DNA of 64,000 nucleotides from Alphaproteobacteria bacterium. GTDB lineage: Bacteria; Pseudomonadota; Alphaproteobacteria; UBA8366. The notes beneath the pieces were generated by a model. That model ran no database searches and was not told where the DNA came from. It was given only the letters and a program-made list of their open reading frames with translations. Both the position numbers and the translations under genes were made by a program. This document shows, piece by piece, positions 20,098-29,775 of this stretch (position 1 is its first letter; each line of letters starts with the position of its first letter). The stretch is from contig OZ245851.1 in assembly GCA_965228975.1 (NCBI GenBank), positions 2,933,953-2,997,952 on the forward strand, written 5' to 3'.

Positions 20098-21045
20098 TTA
20101 TTCCAGGCCGGCCTTCTTGCGCACGTCGTAACGATGCCGCAATGCCCATCCTTGCAGGAACGACCGCAATTCGTCGTCCGGCCGTTCGGGCAGGACAACC
20201 TCAAGCTCGACGATCTGATCGCCGCGTCCGCCGCCCCGTTGACCGGCAACGCCCTTTCCTTTCAGCCGCAGCATGCTGCCCGTGTTGGAGCCCGGCGGGA
20301 TCGTCACGGAGACGTGGCCGTCGATCGTCGGCACTTTGATCTTGCCGCCCAACACCGCCTCATCCAGCGTCACCGGGATCGTCAGATAAACGTCCTTACC
20401 CTTGCGCCGGAACATCGCATCGTCCTGGACCTGCACGGTGACATAGGCGTCACCCGCCGTGCCGCCGCCCAGCCCCGGCATGCCTTGCGACCGCAGCCGC
20501 AGCGTCTGACCGTCTTCGGTGCCCGGCGGGATCGTAACGTCCAGTGATTTTCCGTCATACAGCGATATCCGCCGCCGGACACCGCGCGCCGCCTCCGCGA
20601 ACGAGACCTGAAGCGTGTATTGCACGTCCCGGCCTTTGACCCGTCCACCACGCTGGCCGCCGCCGCCGCGGGGTCCCGGGCCGCGCCGCGGGTCCGCCTT
20701 GGCCCGGCCGAAGAGGTCGGAGAAAAGATCCTCGAAATTGCCGCCCGAATCGTCGCGCGCGCCACCACCGGACGCTCCGCCGCCTGAGGAATAGGCGCGG
20801 TGAAAGGCATCGTCATAGCGTGGCGAGCCGTCTGGGTTGGTCTCGCCACGATCATACTTCGCCCGCGCAACCGTATCGGAGAGGGTGTTATAGGCGGTCG
20901 AGACCTCCTTGAACCGCTGTTCTATCACCTCGTCGCCCGGATTCAGGTCCGGGTGCAGCTCTTTCGCAAGCTTGCGATAGGCCTTCTTGATATCGTCTTG
21001 GCTGGCCTTCTTGTCGACGCCCAGCACGGTATAAGGGTCTCGCAT
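20098..21045 (-). CDS. J-domain protein with DnaJ C-terminal domains but no zinc finger (CbpA-like)
   Basis: J domain DPYTVLGV...AYRKLAKELHPDLNPGD, a Gly-rich linker, and a DnaJ_C-like C-terminus. Confidence 0.8.
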   Translation of the reverse strand: MRDPYTVLGVDKKASQDDIKKAYRKLAKELHPDLNPGDEVIEQRFKEVSTAYNTLSDTVARAKYDRGETNPDGSPRYDDAFHRAYSSGGGASGGGARDDSGGNFEDLFSDLFGRAKADPRRGPGPRGGGGQRGGRVKGRDVQYTLQVSFAEAARGVRRRISLYDGKSLDVTIPPGTEDGQTLRLRSQGMPGLGGGTAGDAYVTVQVQDDAMFRRKGKDVYLTIPVTLDEAVLGGKIKVPTIDGHVSVTIPPGSNTGSMLRLKGKGVAGQRGGGRGDQIVELEVVLPERPDDELRSFLQGWALRHRYDVRKKAGLE

Positions 21046-21214
21046 ACGACCTTTTTTCCCTGTTCACGGTCTGCGGCCCCCCGCCGGCGGAGACCCTTGG
21101 TATTTCCGTGATTCGATACACATACTCAGTATAGGATCAAATTTGAACCAGATTTGGTTAACAACCTAACAATCAATCTATCCTTCCGCTGCTCCAAATC
21201 AAAAAAGGGCGACC

Positions 21215-21796
21215 ATGGCCGCACAAGACCCCATCCAACGCTTCCATGACTGGTTCGAGGACGCGAAGGAAAAAGAACCGACACTTCCGGAAGCGGTGGC
21301 GCTTGCGACGGCGGACGGCAACGGCACGCCCTCGGTTCGCATGGTCCTTCTGAAAGCGTTCGATGAGAACGGCTTCGTATTCTACACCAATTTGGAAAGC
21401 CGCAAGGCCCAGGAGATTGCCGAGACCAACCGTGCCGCGCTGCTGTTTCATTGGAAATCGCTGGGCCGCCAAATCCGGATCGAAGGCGCGGTGACGCCGG
21501 TCGATCCCGCCGAGGCGGATGCCTATTTCGCCTCCCGCCAGCGCGGGGCGCAGATCGGCGCGTGGGCCAGCGATCAATCCCGCGCCATGAAATCGCGGTT
21601 CGATCTGGAAAAACGAGTCGCCACCTTCACCGCGAAATTCGGGGTTGGGACAATACCGAGACCGGATCATTGGTCGGGGTATCGAATTGCGCCGGAGCGG
21701 CTGGAATTTTGGAGCGAAGCGACCTTCCGGCTGCATGAACGCGAAGTCTTCATTCGGGACGGCGGCGAATGGCGAACCGAGCGTCTGTTCCCCTGA
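21215..21796 (+). CDS. pdxH: pyridoxamine 5'-phosphate oxidase
   Basis: [26 protein letters not shown]...[15 protein letters not shown]...RLHER, ending in the RLFP-type C-terminus. Confidence 0.9.
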   Translation: MAAQDPIQRFHDWFEDAKEKEPTLPEAVALATADGNGTPSVRMVLLKAFDENGFVFYTNLESRKAQEIAETNRAALLFHWKSLGRQIRIEGAVTPVDPAEADAYFASRQRGAQIGAWASDQSRAMKSRFDLEKRVATFTAKFGVGTIPRPDHWSGYRIAPERLEFWSEATFRLHEREVFIRDGGEWRTERLFP

Positions 21797-21812
21797 TAGA
21801 GGCAAATCGACC

Positions 21813-22736
21813 GTGAATACGTCCGCGACCGCGACAAATCGACAGCACAGCAACGACCGGCTGACGCGCGCCGCGAGCTATGCATCGCTTTCGGTCGCCG
21901 CGTTCCTGATCATCCTGAAAAGTGCCGCCTGGTTCTTCACAGGGTCGGTCGCCGTATTGTCGAGCCTAGCGGATTCCATCCTCGACGGTATCGCCTCCCT
22001 CGTGACGCTTTTCGCGATCCGCCAGGCCCAAGTACCGGCGGACCGGGAACATCGGTTTGGCCACGGCAAGGCGGAGCCGCTGGCCGCGCTGGCTCAATCG
22101 GCCTTCATCATCGGTTCGGCCGTCCTGCTTTTCTATGAGGCGGGCAACCGGTTCTTCCATCCATTGGCGGTCGCGCGCCCGGAAATCGGCATCGCCGTCA
22201 CCGTCATCGCCATCGTTGCGACTCTCGGCCTCGTGACATTCCAGTATTGGGTCGTCCGGCGAACGAATTCCATCGCGATCAACGCGGACTCGCTGCATTA
22301 CAAGGGCGACTTGCTGATGAACATGGCGGTGATCGCCGCTTTGGTCCTGAGCGGATGGTTCGACCTGCCCTATGCGGACCCGATATTCGCCCTGTTCATC
22401 GCCATCTATCTTGCCGGCAACGCGTGGAAGATCGTCCGCGAGGCTATCGATATCCTGATGGACCGCGAGTTGCCCGAGGAAGACAGGCAGAAGATCATCG
22501 AAATCGCCAACTCGCACCCGCACGCTCGGCGGGCGCATGACCTGCGGACCCGTCACGACGGCCAGACCAGCTTTATCCAATTGCATCTGGAAATGGACCC
22601 GGATATTTCGCTGTTGGCCGCGCACAAGATTGCCGACGACGTGGAAGCCATGATCGGGAATGCCTTCCCGAATGCCGAAATCATCATTCATCAGGACCCG
22701 GAAGGCCTTGAAGAAGACCACCACAGATTCACTTAA
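21813..22736 (+). CDS. cation diffusion facilitator (CDF) metal efflux transporter
   Basis: ORF 21645..22736 overlaps pdxH, so the probable start is GTG 21813. TM core SLADSILDG...HFGHGKAEPL plus a C-terminal cytoplasmic domain. Confidence 0.8.
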   Translation: MNTSATATNRQHSNDRLTRAASYASLSVAAFLIILKSAAWFFTGSVAVLSSLADSILDGIASLVTLFAIRQAQVPADREHRFGHGKAEPLAALAQSAFIIGSAVLLFYEAGNRFFHPLAVARPEIGIAVTVIAIVATLGLVTFQYWVVRRTNSIAINADSLHYKGDLLMNMAVIAALVLSGWFDLPYADPIFALFIAIYLAGNAWKIVREAIDILMDRELPEEDRQKIIEIANSHPHARRAHDLRTRHDGQTSFIQLHLEMDPDISLLAAHKIADDVEAMIGNAFPNAEIIIHQDPEGLEEDHHRFT

Positions 22737-22757
22737 TCCCTGCGCATTGGAACCAGC

Positions 22758-23507
22758 ATGAGCGACGAGAAAAAAACCGTCATCCTCACCGGCGCGAGCC
22801 GCGGGATCGGCCACGCCACGGTGAAACGCTTTTCCGCGGAGCAATGGCGCATCATTACCTGCAGCAGGGATGAGGTTCCGGAAGCCTGCAAGCGCGATCC
22901 GAACTGGAGCCACCATATTCCGACCGACCTTGCCGATCCTGCCTCGGTCACCGCTTTCATCGACGAGGTCAACGATGTCCTCGGCGATACGGCCGTGAAT
23001 GCCTTGATCAATAACGCGGCAATCTCGCCGAAGACCGAATTCAAGGAACGGCTGGGCTGCCTTAACGGCGGCCTCGACCGCTGGCGCGAGGTATACGAGT
23101 TGAACCTGTTCACGCCACTGACGCTGGGCCGAGGATTTGCCGCCGCACTGACCCGCGGGGCCAAGAGTGGCGGCGCCTGCGTGGTGAACATCACTTCGAT
23201 CGCGGGACATGAAATCCACCCCTTCGCCGGATCGGCCTATTCAACCTCGAAGGCCGCCCTGTCCGCCCTGACGCGCGAGATGGCGGTGGAGTTCGCCCAA
23301 CTGGGCGTGCGGGTCAACGCCGTCGCCCCCGGTGAGATAGAAACCGAAATGATCGGCGAAGAATACGAGCCGCTGATCAACCGGATCCCGATGCACCGCA
23401 TGGGGACGCCGGACGAGGTCGCGGGCTGCGTCTTCCAAATGTGCGGGACGGATATGGGCTACGTCACCGGGACCGAGGTTTTCGTCACCGGTGGCCAACA
23501 CCTATAG
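22758..23507 (+). CDS. short-chain dehydrogenase/reductase (SDR)
   Basis: TGASRGIGHA cofactor motif and YSTSKAAL (YxxxK) catalytic motif. Confidence 0.85.
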   Translation: MSDEKKTVILTGASRGIGHATVKRFSAEQWRIITCSRDEVPEACKRDPNWSHHIPTDLADPASVTAFIDEVNDVLGDTAVNALINNAAISPKTEFKERLGCLNGGLDRWREVYELNLFTPLTLGRGFAAALTRGAKSGGACVVNITSIAGHEIHPFAGSAYSTSKAALSALTREMAVEFAQLGVRVNAVAPGEIETEMIGEEYEPLINRIPMHRMGTPDEVAGCVFQMCGTDMGYVTGTEVFVTGGQHL

Positions 23508-23528
23508 CGATTGGCAAGATATCTGCCC

Positions 23529-24059
23529 TTAGGCTGGTGTCTCGATCGAGTGGAACCATTCCAGGCGCTGCTTGATCTGGTCGATCTCCAACACCAACCA
23601 GTCGCGCAGATACCCTTCTTCATAGCGCGAAAGCAGGTCTTGGAGACGCGCGAGCTCGGTTTCGCACATCTCGACCAGAATGGCGGTCTGTTCTTCGCGC
23701 GCCGGCGCATCGAGAAGATGCAGGAAGCGCAGTTTCAGCGCGACAACGAGCTTGGCGACATCGTTGACCGGCGCCCGAACATTCGAGGTCATCAGCGTGA
23801 CGAAGGCTTCGCGTCCCGGTTCCGTGATCCGCAACACGCCGTCTTCCGCGCCATTTTCCCCATCGGTCTCGACCAGGCCTTCATAGGTCAGCAGTTCGAG
23901 CGACGTGCCCAACAGGTCAAGCGACGGTCCGATGATCCGGCCGACGAAGTATCGAATTTCCGAGGCGAGATCGGCATAGGGCCGCTCGCCTTCCATCAAA
24001 GTCCCCAACGCCGTGAGACGAACGGCTTCGGTCGGTATGAGAGTATTGTCGCGATACAT
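23529..24059 (-). CDS. PadR-like winged-helix protein (tentative)
   Basis: The N-terminal segment LTALGTLMEGERPYADLASEIRYFVGRIIGPSLDLLGTSLELLTYEGLVE resembles a PadR wHTH. Weak, judged by eye only. Confidence 0.35.
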   Translation of the reverse strand: MYRDNTLIPTEAVRLTALGTLMEGERPYADLASEIRYFVGRIIGPSLDLLGTSLELLTYEGLVETDGENGAEDGVLRITEPGREAFVTLMTSNVRAPVNDVAKLVVALKLRFLHLLDAPAREEQTAILVEMCETELARLQDLLSRYEEGYLRDWLVLEIDQIKQRLEWFHSIETPA

Positions 24060-24072
24060 GATCTACGCTCCC

Positions 24073-25290
24073 TCAGGCGGCGCGTTCCAACGACAGGCTC
24101 TCCCAAATCTCTACCAGAGCCCGGGTCAGCGCGTCCATCATCTCATCGGTATGAAGCGGCGTTGGCGTGATGCGCAACCGCTCCGTGCCTTTCGGAACCG
24201 TCGGATGGTTGATCGGCTGAACATAGATGCCATAGCTGTCGAGCAGGATGTCGCTCGCCTGTTTGCATAGCACAGGGTCCCCGACCATAACCGGAACGAT
24301 ATGGCTAACCGACGGCATGACCGGCAATCCGGCATCCCGAAGCTTTTTCATTAGGGTCTTGGCCCGCTCCTGATGGCGCGCCCGCATCGCCCCGCCTTCT
24401 TGCCCCTGCAACGTCTTCACGCTGCTCAAGGCGCCCGCAGCGATGGCCGGCGGCAAGGCGGTCGTGAATATAAAGCCGTCGCCGTAGGACCGGACGAAAT
24501 CGATCATCGCGGCCGAACCGGCAATGTACCCGCCGATCACGCCGAACGCCTTCGCCAGCGTCCCTTGAATGACGGTCATCCGATCCATCACGCCATCGCG
24601 CTCGGCAACGCCGGCGCCGCGCGGGCCGTACATGCCGACCGCGTGGACTTCGTCCAAATAGGTCATAGCATTGTATTTCTCGGCGATGTCCGCCAGTTCC
24701 GCGAGCGGCGCGATATCGCCGTCCATAGAATAGACCGATTCGAAGGCGACCAGCTTCGGCCGATCCGGGTCGTCCGCGCTGATCAGGCGTTCCAGGTCGG
24801 CGGGATCGTTATGCGCGAAGATCCGTTTCTCGACACGGCTGTGACGCATGCCCTCGATCATCGAGTTGTGGTTGAGCGCGTCGGAATAAAGGATGCAGCC
24901 CGGAATCTTCGAGGCCAGCGTCGCCAGCGCGGTCATGTTGGCGACATAGCCGGAGGTAAACAGCAGCGCGGCCTCTTTCTGGTGCAGCGCCGCCAATTCG
25001 CGCTCCAACAGCACATGATAGTGATTGGTACCCGAGATATTGCGCGTGCCGCCGGCACCGGCTCCGCAACGCTCGAGCGCCTCCTTCATGGCGGCGATGG
25101 TGTTCGGGTTCTGACCCATGCCGAGATAGTCGTTCGAGCACCATACGGTGACGTCCGCCACGGTTCCTTCGTCATGTCGATACGCGCTCGGGAAATCGCC
25201 CGCCTGCCGTTCCAAATCGGCAAAGACGCGATAATTCCCCTGGCGTCTCAGATCGTCGACACGCTCTTCGAAATACGCTTCGTAATTCAT
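24073..25290 (-). CDS. hemA: 5-aminolevulinate synthase
   Basis: [28 protein letters not shown]...[14 protein letters not shown]; 405 aa, alpha-oxoamine synthase family. Confidence 0.95.
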   Translation of the reverse strand: MNYEAYFEERVDDLRRQGNYRVFADLERQAGDFPSAYRHDEGTVADVTVWCSNDYLGMGQNPNTIAAMKEALERCGAGAGGTRNISGTNHYHVLLERELAALHQKEAALLFTSGYVANMTALATLASKIPGCILYSDALNHNSMIEGMRHSRVEKRIFAHNDPADLERLISADDPDRPKLVAFESVYSMDGDIAPLAELADIAEKYNAMTYLDEVHAVGMYGPRGAGVAERDGVMDRMTVIQGTLAKAFGVIGGYIAGSAAMIDFVRSYGDGFIFTTALPPAIAAGALSSVKTLQGQEGGAMRARHQERAKTLMKKLRDAGLPVMPSVSHIVPVMVGDPVLCKQASDILLDSYGIYVQPINHPTVPKGTERLRITPTPLHTDEMMDALTRALVEIWESLSLERAA

Positions 25291-25417
25291 GGCCTACCCA
25301 CCTACTCGGACAGCGGCTTGCCGCTCTCGTAACACGTTGTACGATATATATGCTCTAATTTAATCTACCATGAAGGTGGCCGCCGCCACAGCGTTCTCAA
25401 TGTCGCAGGGCAACCTC

Positions 25418-26812
25418 CTAATTCGCTGAATTCTCCAGCCACGACGCCGTATCGTCCAGCGCCTTGCCGAAACGGTCGAACAGGTCGTCGATTTCATCGT
25501 CGGTGATAATTAACGGCGGACAGAGAGTGATCGTATCGCCCGGCACGGCGCGTACGATCAACCCGTGCTCCTGCGCCTGCGCCGCGAAATATGGCCCCAC
25601 ACCCTGCTGGGCGTCGAAAGATGTCTTGCTGGCCTTGTCCTTGACCAGCTCGACGCCGGCCACGAGCCCGCAGCCCCGGGCTTCCCCGACCAGCGGATGG
25701 CCGGCGAACCCGTGCAGCCGTTCGGCGAAGCGCGGCATCACCTTCCGGACATGCCCGACGATGTTGCGTTCTTCATAGATATTGAGGGTTTCGAGGGCGA
25801 CGGCGCAGGCAACGGGATGACCCGAATAGGTGAAGCCGTGCCCGAAGGTGCCGATCTCCCCGCTGTTCTTGTAGATGGCATCCGACACCTTGTCGTTGAT
25901 CAACAGACCCGAGATCGGGAGATAGGCCGAGGACAAGGCCTTCGCGACCGTGATGATGTCCGGCTGAAGATTGTAGGTTTCGGTGGCGAACATGTTGCCT
26001 GTCCGCCCGAATCCGCAGATCACCTCGTCGGCGACGAACAGGATGTCGTGCTTCTTCAGGATCGGCTGGATCTTGTCGAAATAGGTGGCCGGCGGCACGA
26101 TCACGCCCCCTGCCCCCATGATCGGCTCCGCGAAGAAGGCGGCGACCGTGTCGGGGCCTTCCTCTTCGATCAATTTTTCGAGATTGGTCGCCAATCGCGT
26201 CGCGAAATCCTCCTCGCTTTCTCCCTCTTCGGCGAAGCGGTAGTGATGCGGGCAATCGGTATGGAGGATTCCGGCAATCGGCAGGTCGAAATCGCGATGA
26301 TTGAAAGGGAGCCCTGTCAGGCTTGCCGACGCGACGGTCACGCCATGATAGCCCTTGATGCGGCTGATGATCTTCTTCTTCTCCGGCCGACCCAGGGCGT
26401 TGTTGTAATACCAGATCATCTTGACGGCGCTGTCGTTCGCCTCCGACCCCGAATTGGCGAAAAAGACCTTCGACATCGGAACCGGCGCCATGCCGATCAG
26501 CTTCTCCGCGAGATTGATGGCCGGGTCGTGACTCTTTGCGGCGAACACATGATAGAAAGGCAAGTCCCGCATTTGCCGGGCCGCTGCCTCGACAAGCCGC
26601 TCCTCGGCGAATCCTAGTGACGTGCACCACAATCCAGCCATCCCCTCGATATAGGCCTTGCCCTCTTCATCGTAGACCCAGATGCCCTTGCCTTTCGCCA
26701 TAACCTGGGGGCCGACGGTCTTATGCCGTTCCAGGTTCGTGTAGGGATGCATGACATAGGCAATATCGCGGCTGCTGGCGGAATTGCCGGGCGATGTCGG
26801 GGTCTGTGACAT
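25418..26812 (-). CDS. class-III (omega) aminotransferase
   Basis: ATG 26812 follows AGGAGA (ORF to 26905). FFANSGSEANDSAVK and DEVICGFGRTG are typical of the family. Confidence 0.9.
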   Translation of the reverse strand: MSQTPTSPGNSASSRDIAYVMHPYTNLERHKTVGPQVMAKGKGIWVYDEEGKAYIEGMAGLWCTSLGFAEERLVEAAARQMRDLPFYHVFAAKSHDPAINLAEKLIGMAPVPMSKVFFANSGSEANDSAVKMIWYYNNALGRPEKKKIISRIKGYHGVTVASASLTGLPFNHRDFDLPIAGILHTDCPHHYRFAEEGESEEDFATRLATNLEKLIEEEGPDTVAAFFAEPIMGAGGVIVPPATYFDKIQPILKKHDILFVADEVICGFGRTGNMFATETYNLQPDIITVAKALSSAYLPISGLLINDKVSDAIYKNSGEIGTFGHGFTYSGHPVACAVALETLNIYEERNIVGHVRKVMPRFAERLHGFAGHPLVGEARGCGLVAGVELVKDKASKTSFDAQQGVGPYFAAQAQEHGLIVRAVPGDTITLCPPLIITDDEIDDLFDRFGKALDDTASWLENSAN

Positions 26813-27028
26813 GAATGGTGTCTCCTGTTGGGCAATCAGCATCCCGGCCAAGGATCGGCCCGAATACCGGATGGCCAACCCTACAATGCGGTTTCGCCCG
26901 GGCAAAGGACCACTTCGTAAAATCGCTTTCTACGACTCTGACGTTGACATGATCTGAAATCACATCATATTAGTGGAGAATATAATTAAAACAGAATTTT
27001 TGTGTTAATTCAGGTTGAGGGCACCGTC

Positions 27029-27982
27029 ATGACGGCCATCTACGTGTTGCATGAAAACGATGAGTGGGTCGCACCGCTCCGCACCGCTTTCGAGCGACAG
27101 GGCCTACCGTTCGAGGAATGGCATCTGGCGGAAGGGTCCGTCGACCTGGGAGATACCCCGCCGACCGGCGTGTTCTATAACCGCATGAGCGCATCGTCGC
27201 ACACGCGCGGGCACCGCTATGCGCCCGAATTGGCTGGCAGCGTCCTGGCGTGGCTGGAGGGTCATGGCCGCCGCGTCGTCAACGGCGGGAACGCGCTGGA
27301 ACTGGAAATCAGCAAGGTAAAACAATACGCGGCCTTGGCCGCCGCCGGCATCCCCGTGCCGCGCACCGTCGTGGCGGTCGGCAAGGATGCCTTGCGCGAC
27401 GCGATCCGCAAGGTCGGCGCGCCATTGATCCTGAAGCCCAACCGCGGCGGCAAGGGCTTGGGTGTCCAGAAATTCGACGACGTCGCGTCGGCCGAAGCCT
27501 TCATCGAGAACGACGCCTTCGACCCCGGTCTGGACGGTACGGTCTTGGTGCAACGCTATGTGCAGGCGGCGGAAACCGCCATCATCCGCAACGAATTCGT
27601 CGGCGGCCGTTTGGTCTATTCGGTCAGGGTCGATACGTCGGACGGCTTCGAACTGTGCCCCGCCGACGTCTGCGCCATCGACGAAGCCCCGGTCACGCCG
27701 GAGCGGCCCAAGTTCGAGATCCTCGAAGGCTTCGCCCATCCGCTGCATGCCCGCATGGAACAGTTCCTCGCGCACAACGGGATCGAGGTCGCCGGGATCG
27801 AGATGATCACAGACACAAACGGCGAGACCTGGGTTTACGACGTCAACACCAACACGAACTACAACCCCGACGCCGAAACGGCAGCCGGCCTGACCGAGAC
27901 GAACCGGTCCGGCATGGGCGCGCTTGCGGAATTCCTCGGCGGCGAACTGGCGGATCTCCGGCACCTCGCCGCCGCCGAATAG
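27029..27982 (+). CDS. ATP-grasp (RimK-like) ligase family protein
   Basis: ATG 27029. ATP-grasp pattern LILKPNRGGKGLGV...VLVQRYV...GIEMITDTNGETWVYDVNTNTNY. Confidence 0.65.
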   Translation: MTAIYVLHENDEWVAPLRTAFERQGLPFEEWHLAEGSVDLGDTPPTGVFYNRMSASSHTRGHRYAPELAGSVLAWLEGHGRRVVNGGNALELEISKVKQYAALAAAGIPVPRTVVAVGKDALRDAIRKVGAPLILKPNRGGKGLGVQKFDDVASAEAFIENDAFDPGLDGTVLVQRYVQAAETAIIRNEFVGGRLVYSVRVDTSDGFELCPADVCAIDEAPVTPERPKFEILEGFAHPLHARMEQFLAHNGIEVAGIEMITDTNGETWVYDVNTNTNYNPDAETAAGLTETNRSGMGALAEFLGGELADLRHLAAAE

Positions 27983-28096
27983 CGCTCCCCTCTTCTCCCC
28001 CCAATGCATGCTCTGCCGCGGTTTCGTGCCGCGGCAGTTTTCTTGTCTATACTGGGTCCGACACAACGCGCGCTGCCGCCGCAGGGAGAGGACGCC

Positions 28097-28957
28097 ATGG
28101 CGATCGACTACGAAAAAATCATGAAGCTCGACATTCCGGAGATCGAGCAGGAATGGACCGCGCGAGACTCGATGCTGTATGCCCTCGGCGTCGGTCTCGG
28201 CAGCGATCCCATCAATCGCGACGAGCTTCGATTCCTGTATGAAAAAGAGCTTCAGGCACTGCCGACGCAAGCCGTTGTGATGGCCTATCCCGGTAGCTGG
28301 ATCCGACAATATGATGTCGGCATTGACTATCTTCGTATGGTCAATGGCGGCAACAGCTTTACGATCCACAAGCCGCTGCCGGTCGAAGGGACGTTCATCG
28401 GCAAGATTCGCGTGACCGGCGTGATCGACAAGGGCGAAGGCCGGGGCGCGTTGGTCAACGCCGAGCGCGAGGTCTACGACAAGGCGACCGGCGACCATCT
28501 GTGCACCGTCGGCACCAGTTCCTTCCTGCGCGGCCAAGGCGGATTCGGCGGACCGAGTGGGCCGGAAAAACCGGTGGCGCAAATTCCCGACCGCGAACCG
28601 GACTTGAGCTGCGACCTGGAGACACTGCCGCAGTCGGCGCTGATCTACCGCTTGAGCGGAGACTACAATCCGCTGCACGCCGACCCGGATATCGCGACGA
28701 AGGCGGGCTTCGACCGGCCCATCGCGCACGGTCTGCTGACCTACGGCGTCGCCGGGAACGCGCTGCTCAAGACTGCCTGCGGCTACGACCCGGCGAAACT
28801 GAAAGGCATGGAAGACCGTTTTTCCGCCCCGGTCTTCCCCGGCGACATCATCCGCACGGAGATGTGGCAGGACGGGCCCGAGATCATCTTCCGCTCAGTC
28901 GTCGCCGAGCGGGACGCCGTGGTGATCAACAACGGCCGGGCCGAGATTGCGGGATAG
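28097..28957 (+). CDS. MaoC-family (R)-specific enoyl-CoA hydratase, double hot-dog
   Basis: ATG 28097 follows GGGAGAGG. The C-terminal MaoC segment is YRLSGDYNPLHADPDIATKAGFDRPIAHG. Confidence 0.8.
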   Translation: MAIDYEKIMKLDIPEIEQEWTARDSMLYALGVGLGSDPINRDELRFLYEKELQALPTQAVVMAYPGSWIRQYDVGIDYLRMVNGGNSFTIHKPLPVEGTFIGKIRVTGVIDKGEGRGALVNAEREVYDKATGDHLCTVGTSSFLRGQGGFGGPSGPEKPVAQIPDREPDLSCDLETLPQSALIYRLSGDYNPLHADPDIATKAGFDRPIAHGLLTYGVAGNALLKTACGYDPAKLKGMEDRFSAPVFPGDIIRTEMWQDGPEIIFRSVVAERDAVVINNGRAEIAG

Positions 28958-28999
28958 ACGGGCGATACCGCACGACCCGTCGCTTCCTTACCTTTTTCG

Positions 29000-29548
29000 T
29001 CAACGCAACCGCCAGCTTCCTTCCCAACGCAGCGTCTGACGACCGTCGGGTAGGCGCACCAGCGTCGTCGTTATTCCTTTGCCTTCGATGTCCGCATATT
29101 TGCCGGTGCCGTCGATGAATTCCCAGACGCTGCCCTTGCCTTCGGCACGCCACCAGATCCACCAGGCGTCGCCGTCCTTGTCGATCGTGCTGCAATAACC
29201 GCTGCTATGCGGCGGAAACCCCTTCGCCGATAGAACCGTCGTGCCACCACAGCTTTGTCCGGCCAGATGGAACGGCGTTTTCGGGTCGTCCGCGACGATG
29301 ATGCCCTTCATCCGCGTCCGGATCACCGTGCCGCCATTCTTGAGCTTCGTGGTCTCAGTGGCGGTCGCGACGTAGGTCACCGTTCCACTGCCCTTCCGCA
29401 TCGGCGCCGGTTCGGGTTTCTGCTCGGCTGCCGGTTCGGATTTTTGCGGGGCCACCGCACCGGCTTTCGGATCGGCCGCCTGTACGGGGCCGAACAAACA
29501 GGCAAACACGAGCCAAGCGAAGCCGACTCCTTTTCGAAATCCCGTCAT
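29000..29548 (-). CDS. secreted hypothetical protein
   Basis: Signal peptide MTGFRKGVGFAWLVFACLFGPVQA, a Pro/Glu/Lys-rich linker, then a beta-rich domain with two Cys. No family recognised. Confidence 0.5.
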   Translation of the reverse strand: MTGFRKGVGFAWLVFACLFGPVQAADPKAGAVAPQKSEPAAEQKPEPAPMRKGSGTVTYVATATETTKLKNGGTVIRTRMKGIIVADDPKTPFHLAGQSCGGTTVLSAKGFPPHSSGYCSTIDKDGDAWWIWWRAEGKGSVWEFIDGTGKYADIEGKGITTTLVRLPDGRQTLRWEGSWRLR

Positions 29549-29664
29549 TGTATCCCTCCGCTTTACGGCATGCGTCTATTCGAGCATGCCCCGACAGAAC
29601 TTTCTTAATACGCAATCTCGCCAACCCGATGCCGCCCGACATGCCGGACGCCGCACACCCGACA

Positions 29665-29704
29665 TCGAAATTCAAGGGTCGCGGCACACGTCGAATTTTA
29701 GGGT
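29665..29704. repeat. two direct repeats TCGAA(A/T)TT(C/-)(A/T)AGGGT spaced 26 nt apart
   Basis: TCGAAATTCAAGGGT (29665-29679) and TCGAATTTTAGGGT (29691-29704), in the intergenic region upstream of the 29000..29548 gene. Confidence 0.3.
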
Positions 29705-29775
29705 GTCGAGCCAGCCGATCACGCGGAAGCAAAAACGCGCCTAAACTTTATCCGAGAACCGCGCTCAAGAGGAAA

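Noticed and set aside
25291-25417. FNR/FixK or Irr-type operator upstream of hemA
   Set aside because: No TTGA-N6-TCAA or ICE-like motif is present. Only a small 5-bp hairpin (AGCGG-cttg-CCGCT) was seen.
27104-28729. 541-aa ORF on the minus strand spanning two plus-strand genes
   Set aside because: It overlaps both the ATP-grasp and MaoC genes, which have clear family motifs and RBS-supported starts. Its translation is Arg/Gly/Asp-rich noise.
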